A stretch of DNA of 64,000 nucleotides, taken from NCBI GenBank assembly GCA_963823665.1, contig CAWGMQ010000008.1, positions 2,112,001 to 2,176,000 on the forward strand, in the 5' to 3' direction. Under the pieces are notes generated by a model, which was not told where the DNA came from, searched no databases, and saw only the letters and a list, made by a program, of their open reading frames with translations. This document shows, piece after piece, positions 61,028 to 64,000 of the stretch. Both the position numbers and the translations under genes were made by a program. Each line of letters starts with the position of its first letter. Position 1 is the stretch's first letter. This DNA is from an uncultured Planctomycetota bacterium (lineage in GTDB: Bacteria; Planctomycetota; Planctomycetia; Isosphaerales; Isosphaeraceae).

Positions 61028-64000
61028 ATTACATAACTCTACTTCCACCCTGCTTGATGTTCTTGGTTGTACCGCTCTTCGCAGAGATCGCCCGCGGAGC
61101 AGACGGTCCACGATCGCCAGCCGAGTCGATGAAGGCGTTCGTGCTCGCCGACCCCGATCTCACGATCGAGCTGGTTGCGTCCGAACCCGAGCTGACAAGC
61201 CCAGTCGCCATCGCCTGGGACGAAGACGGCCGGCTCTACGTAGCCGAGATGAACGACTACCCGACGGCCAAGGCAGCCGGACGCATTCGCCGTTTGGAAG
61301 ATCGCGACGGCGACGGACGCTACGACCATTCGACGGTCTTCGCCGACGGGCTGCCGTTTCCCAACGGCGTGCTGCCGTGCTTCGGCGGCTTGATCGTAAC
61401 GGCAGCCCCGAATATTTGGTTCTTGCGAGATACCGACGGCGATGGACGTGCCGACGAGCGGCAGGTAGTTCTTACCGGCTTCGGCGAGGGCAACACGCAG
61501 CTCCGGGTGAACGCGCCCACTTGGGGGCTGGATAACTCCATCTACGCTGCCAACGGTCGCAGTGACGGCGACGTCGTCGTGCCGGATATCCCAAACTCGA
61601 AACCGGTCTCGATCCGACGCCGCGACGTGAAATTCACTCCAGTGCCGATGCCTGGAGCGCCCGGGCATTTCTTCTACGCCTCCGATGTACAGCCCATCGC
61701 AGGATTCAGCCAGTTTGGTTTGGCTCACGACAATTGGGGAAACCGCTTTCCCTCGTGGAATACGATCCCGATCCGGCACGTCGTGCTCGAGCAGCAGATG
61801 CTGGACCGAAATCCCTACTTGGCCGAGACATCGTCGGTCGCCTCGATTCTGGATCTCGCCGACGGCGGGCGCATCTTCGCCATCAGTCCGGCACAGGCAC
61901 GTTTCAATCGTGAGTCGGTCGCATTCTTCAACGCCAGTTGCGGACCGGTCATCGATCGTGGCGGTCTGCTCCCCACCGCATATCATGGTAACGCCTTCGT
62001 GTGCGAGCCCCTGACAAACCTGGTGCACCGCCGGGTTCTCGAACCCTCGGGCGTCACCTTCATCGCCCGTCGAGCCGAACAAGGCCGCGAGTTCCTTGCC
62101 TCGACCGATCCTGCATTCCGTCCAGTCAACCTGGCCACCGGTCCGGATGGAGCACTCTACATCGTGGACATGTACCGCGAGCTCGTCGAGCATCCTCAGT
62201 TCGTCCCAGAGCCAGCCCGCGGAACCGTCGACTTCAGGCGGTGGCATGACCGAGGACGGATCTGGCGGATCCGACCAAAAGCCGCGGCAATGGCGAGACA
62301 CGATTACCCGAACTTGAGCAAGGCTGATGTGCCCCAGCTTGTGCGGCTTCTCAGCCATTCCAATGGATGGTGGCGAACCACCGCGCAACGGTTGCTGGTG
62401 GAGCGGTGCTTCCGGAACGACCCGTCACAACCAACGAAGCTGATTGCGGCACCATTATTGATCGACGTGCTGAAAACCAGCTCCAACCCACTGGCACGGC
62501 TGCACGCTCTCTGGACATTGGCGGCAATGAATAGCGCGGACGAAGCGGTTCTGACCCAGGTCGCCGCCGATCCGCACCCGGCCGTGCGCGAGCACGCCCT
62601 GCGCGTGGCCAACGATATGGAAAGGCGATTTCGCAAGCGACTCGTTCCCACTTCGACGCTCGTCAAGTTCGCAGAAGATCCAGCCATTCGAGTTCGCCTG
62701 CATGTGGCCGTCGCCCTCGGCGACCGCTGCGGTAATGAGCCTGCTGCGCTTCGGGCGCTGGGAAGGATCGCGGCACAAGACGCGGACGATCCCTGGATGC
62801 GACTGGCGATCTTGAGCAGCCTGGCCGAATCGTCCCTCGCTTTTCTCCCGCTCTGTAGCCACATTGCTTCACCTCTTGGCCGCGCCGAATTGCAATCGCA
62901 GGCCGCTGCGATCCTTGGTGTGCGTCGCAGGACGGATGAGTTGACCGCCCTGCTGAAACTCATCGGCGTGCGTGCGAAGCGCGCCGATCGCCAAGCCCTC
63001 GCGGATTGTCTGGCCTTGATGAAGGGGATGGCCGAAGGCCTCGAACGATCCGGCGCTCCCCTCTCGGCACTCATCTCGACGCCACCACCTGAACTGAAAT
63101 CAGCCTTCGAGCAAGTGAATAGCCTCTGGAATGCCGCGACCGCTTGCGCCACGTCGAACGATCCGGCCAGTGAACGCCTCACCGCGATCGAGCTACTCGC
63201 TCGCGCCCGCCCGGACATCGCCGAGAATGTCGTCCTGAAACTCCTCATGACTGCACAGCCGGCAGAAATTCATAAGGGCGCAGTCAGGGCCGTCGCAATC
63301 GCTCGCCGGCCTTCTCTAGCCTCACAGGTTCTCGCCAGTTGGAACAAGCTGGCCGTCGCAATCCGCCGCGAGTTGCTCGCTGGATTAGCAAGCAACCCGG
63401 TATTCGCACCGGCGCTCGTCCAGGCTCTCGAGCACGAGACCATCACTCCCGGCGAGCTCGACGGCCCCACCCGCACCATGCTCGAGCGTCTCTCGGATAC
63501 CGGCCAGCGCGAGCGTGCCGCCAAGATCTTGGCCAGGTTTACCCCGCCCCAGCGTTCCGACGCCCTGGCACGCTATCAGGCTGCACTCAAGCTCCCGGGC
63601 GATGCCACCCGCGGCGCCAGCGTTTTCGCCAAGAATTGCCTCACATGCCACCAGCGCCAAGGGCAAGGGCACCGGGTTGGCCCCGACCTTTCCGGCATCG
63701 CTGGCAAAGCGCCCGACGCCCTGCTTTCGGACATCATCGACCCCAATCGCGAAGTCGCCCCAGATTATGCCACGCTCGCAGTCGCGACCCGCAATGGCCA
63801 GTCTTTCGCAGGCCTGCTTGCCGAAGAAACGGCAACCACGCTCAAGCTGCGCCGGGCAGACGGAGTTGAAGACAACCTGCTTCGCACCGAAATTGATGAA
63901 ATTCGCTCCACCGGAAAGTCCCTGATGCCCGAGGGAATCGAACAGAATATCAACTTCCAGGAAATGTCCGACTTGATTTCGTTCCTGCGCGAGGGACGAT
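61024..64000 (+). CDS. PVC-type heme-binding (CxxCH) membrane-bound dehydrogenase-domain protein; stop lies just beyond the window
   Basis: Manual translation from ATG 61024 (ATGA overlap): ELVASEP..PVAIAWDEDGRLYVAEM.DYP, DRDGDG, FRPVNL.TGPDGALYIVDMYRE, HEAT-like repeats, CLTCH (63637), VGPDL, SLMPEG..DLISFLR. Confidence 0.92.
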   Translation, partial: MNYITLLPPCLMFLVVPLFAEIARGADGPRSPAESMKAFVLADPDLTIELVASEPELTSPVAIAWDEDGRLYVAEMNDYPTAKAAGRIRRLEDRDGDGRYDHSTVFADGLPFPNGVLPCFGGLIVTAAPNIWFLRDTDGDGRADERQVVLTGFGEGNTQLRVNAPTWGLDNSIYAANGRSDGDVVVPDIPNSKPVSIRRRDVKFTPVPMPGAPGHFFYASDVQPIAGFSQFGLAHDNWGNRFPSWNTIPIRHVVLEQQMLDRNPYLAETSSVASILDLADGGRIFAISPAQARFNRESVAFFNASCGPVIDRGGLLPTAYHGNAFVCEPLTNLVHRRVLEPSGVTFIARRAEQGREFLASTDPAFRPVNLATGPDGALYIVDMYRELVEHPQFVPEPARGTVDFRRWHDRGRIWRIRPKAAAMARHDYPNLSKADVPQLVRLLSHSNGWWRTTAQRLLVERCFRNDPSQPTKLIAAPLLIDVLKTSSNPLARLHALWTLAAMNSADEAVLTQVAADPHPAVREHALRVANDMERRFRKRLVPTSTLVKFAEDPAIRVRLHVAVALGDRCGNEPAALRALGRIAAQDADDPWMRLAILSSLAESSLAFLPLCSHIASPLGRAELQSQAAAILGVRRRTDELTALLKLIGVRAKRADRQALADCLALMKGMAEGLERSGAPLSALISTPPPELKSAFEQVNSLWNAATACATSNDPASERLTAIELLARARPDIAENVVLKLLMTAQPAEIHKGAVRAVAIARRPSLASQVLASWNKLAVAIRRELLAGLASNPVFAPALVQALEHETITPGELDGPTRTMLERLSDTGQRERAAKILARFTPPQRSDALARYQAALKLPGDATRGASVFAKNCLTCHQRQGQGHRVGPDLSGIAGKAPDALLSDIIDPNREVAPDYATLAVATRNGQSFAGLLAEETATTLKLRRADGVEDNLLRTEIDEIRSTGKSLMPEGIEQNINFQEMSDLISFLREGR

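Noticed and set aside
57076..63248. Long minus-strand ORFs (392, 449, 314 aa)
   Set aside because: Antisense shadows of well-supported plus-strand genes, expected in high-GC DNA.

Overview
GC-rich bacterial chromosomal segment. The gene content points to a planctomycete, probably Isosphaeraceae-like (inference): two DUF1501 + DUF1549/DUF1553 (PSD1) modules, planctomycete cytochrome c proteins, DUF4058, an LEPR-XLL-type protein, three ECF sigma factors (one paired with a Ser/Thr kinase) and a PVC-type heme-binding dehydrogenase. The left ~37 kb is accessory: metal/anion transporters, ECF signalling, PSD1 modules, five small toxin-antitoxin/nuclease-like cassettes, a large 2OG-Fe(II) oxygenase and gene remnants. 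The right ~27 kb is more housekeeping/metabolic: comB, glycyl-tRNA synthetase, GH130, purEK, Bat-like VWA genes, DEAD-box helicase, a glycosylation trio and a creatininase-MFS-dehydrogenase operon. About a dozen single-base frameshifts, several in homopolymers, look like sequencing error rather than biology. No rRNA, tRNA, CRISPR array or intact IS/integrase was seen. Best leads: (i) an Rpn-family nuclease with an internal Shine-Dalgarno + in-frame ATG that could give a nested 85-aa antitoxin; (ii) the uncharacterised DUF1501-PSD1-cytochrome/WD40/PPC system; (iii) a palindromic G-rich repeat present twice, in frame, in the 5' end of a long ORF. All family calls come from motif recognition by eye, not database searches.
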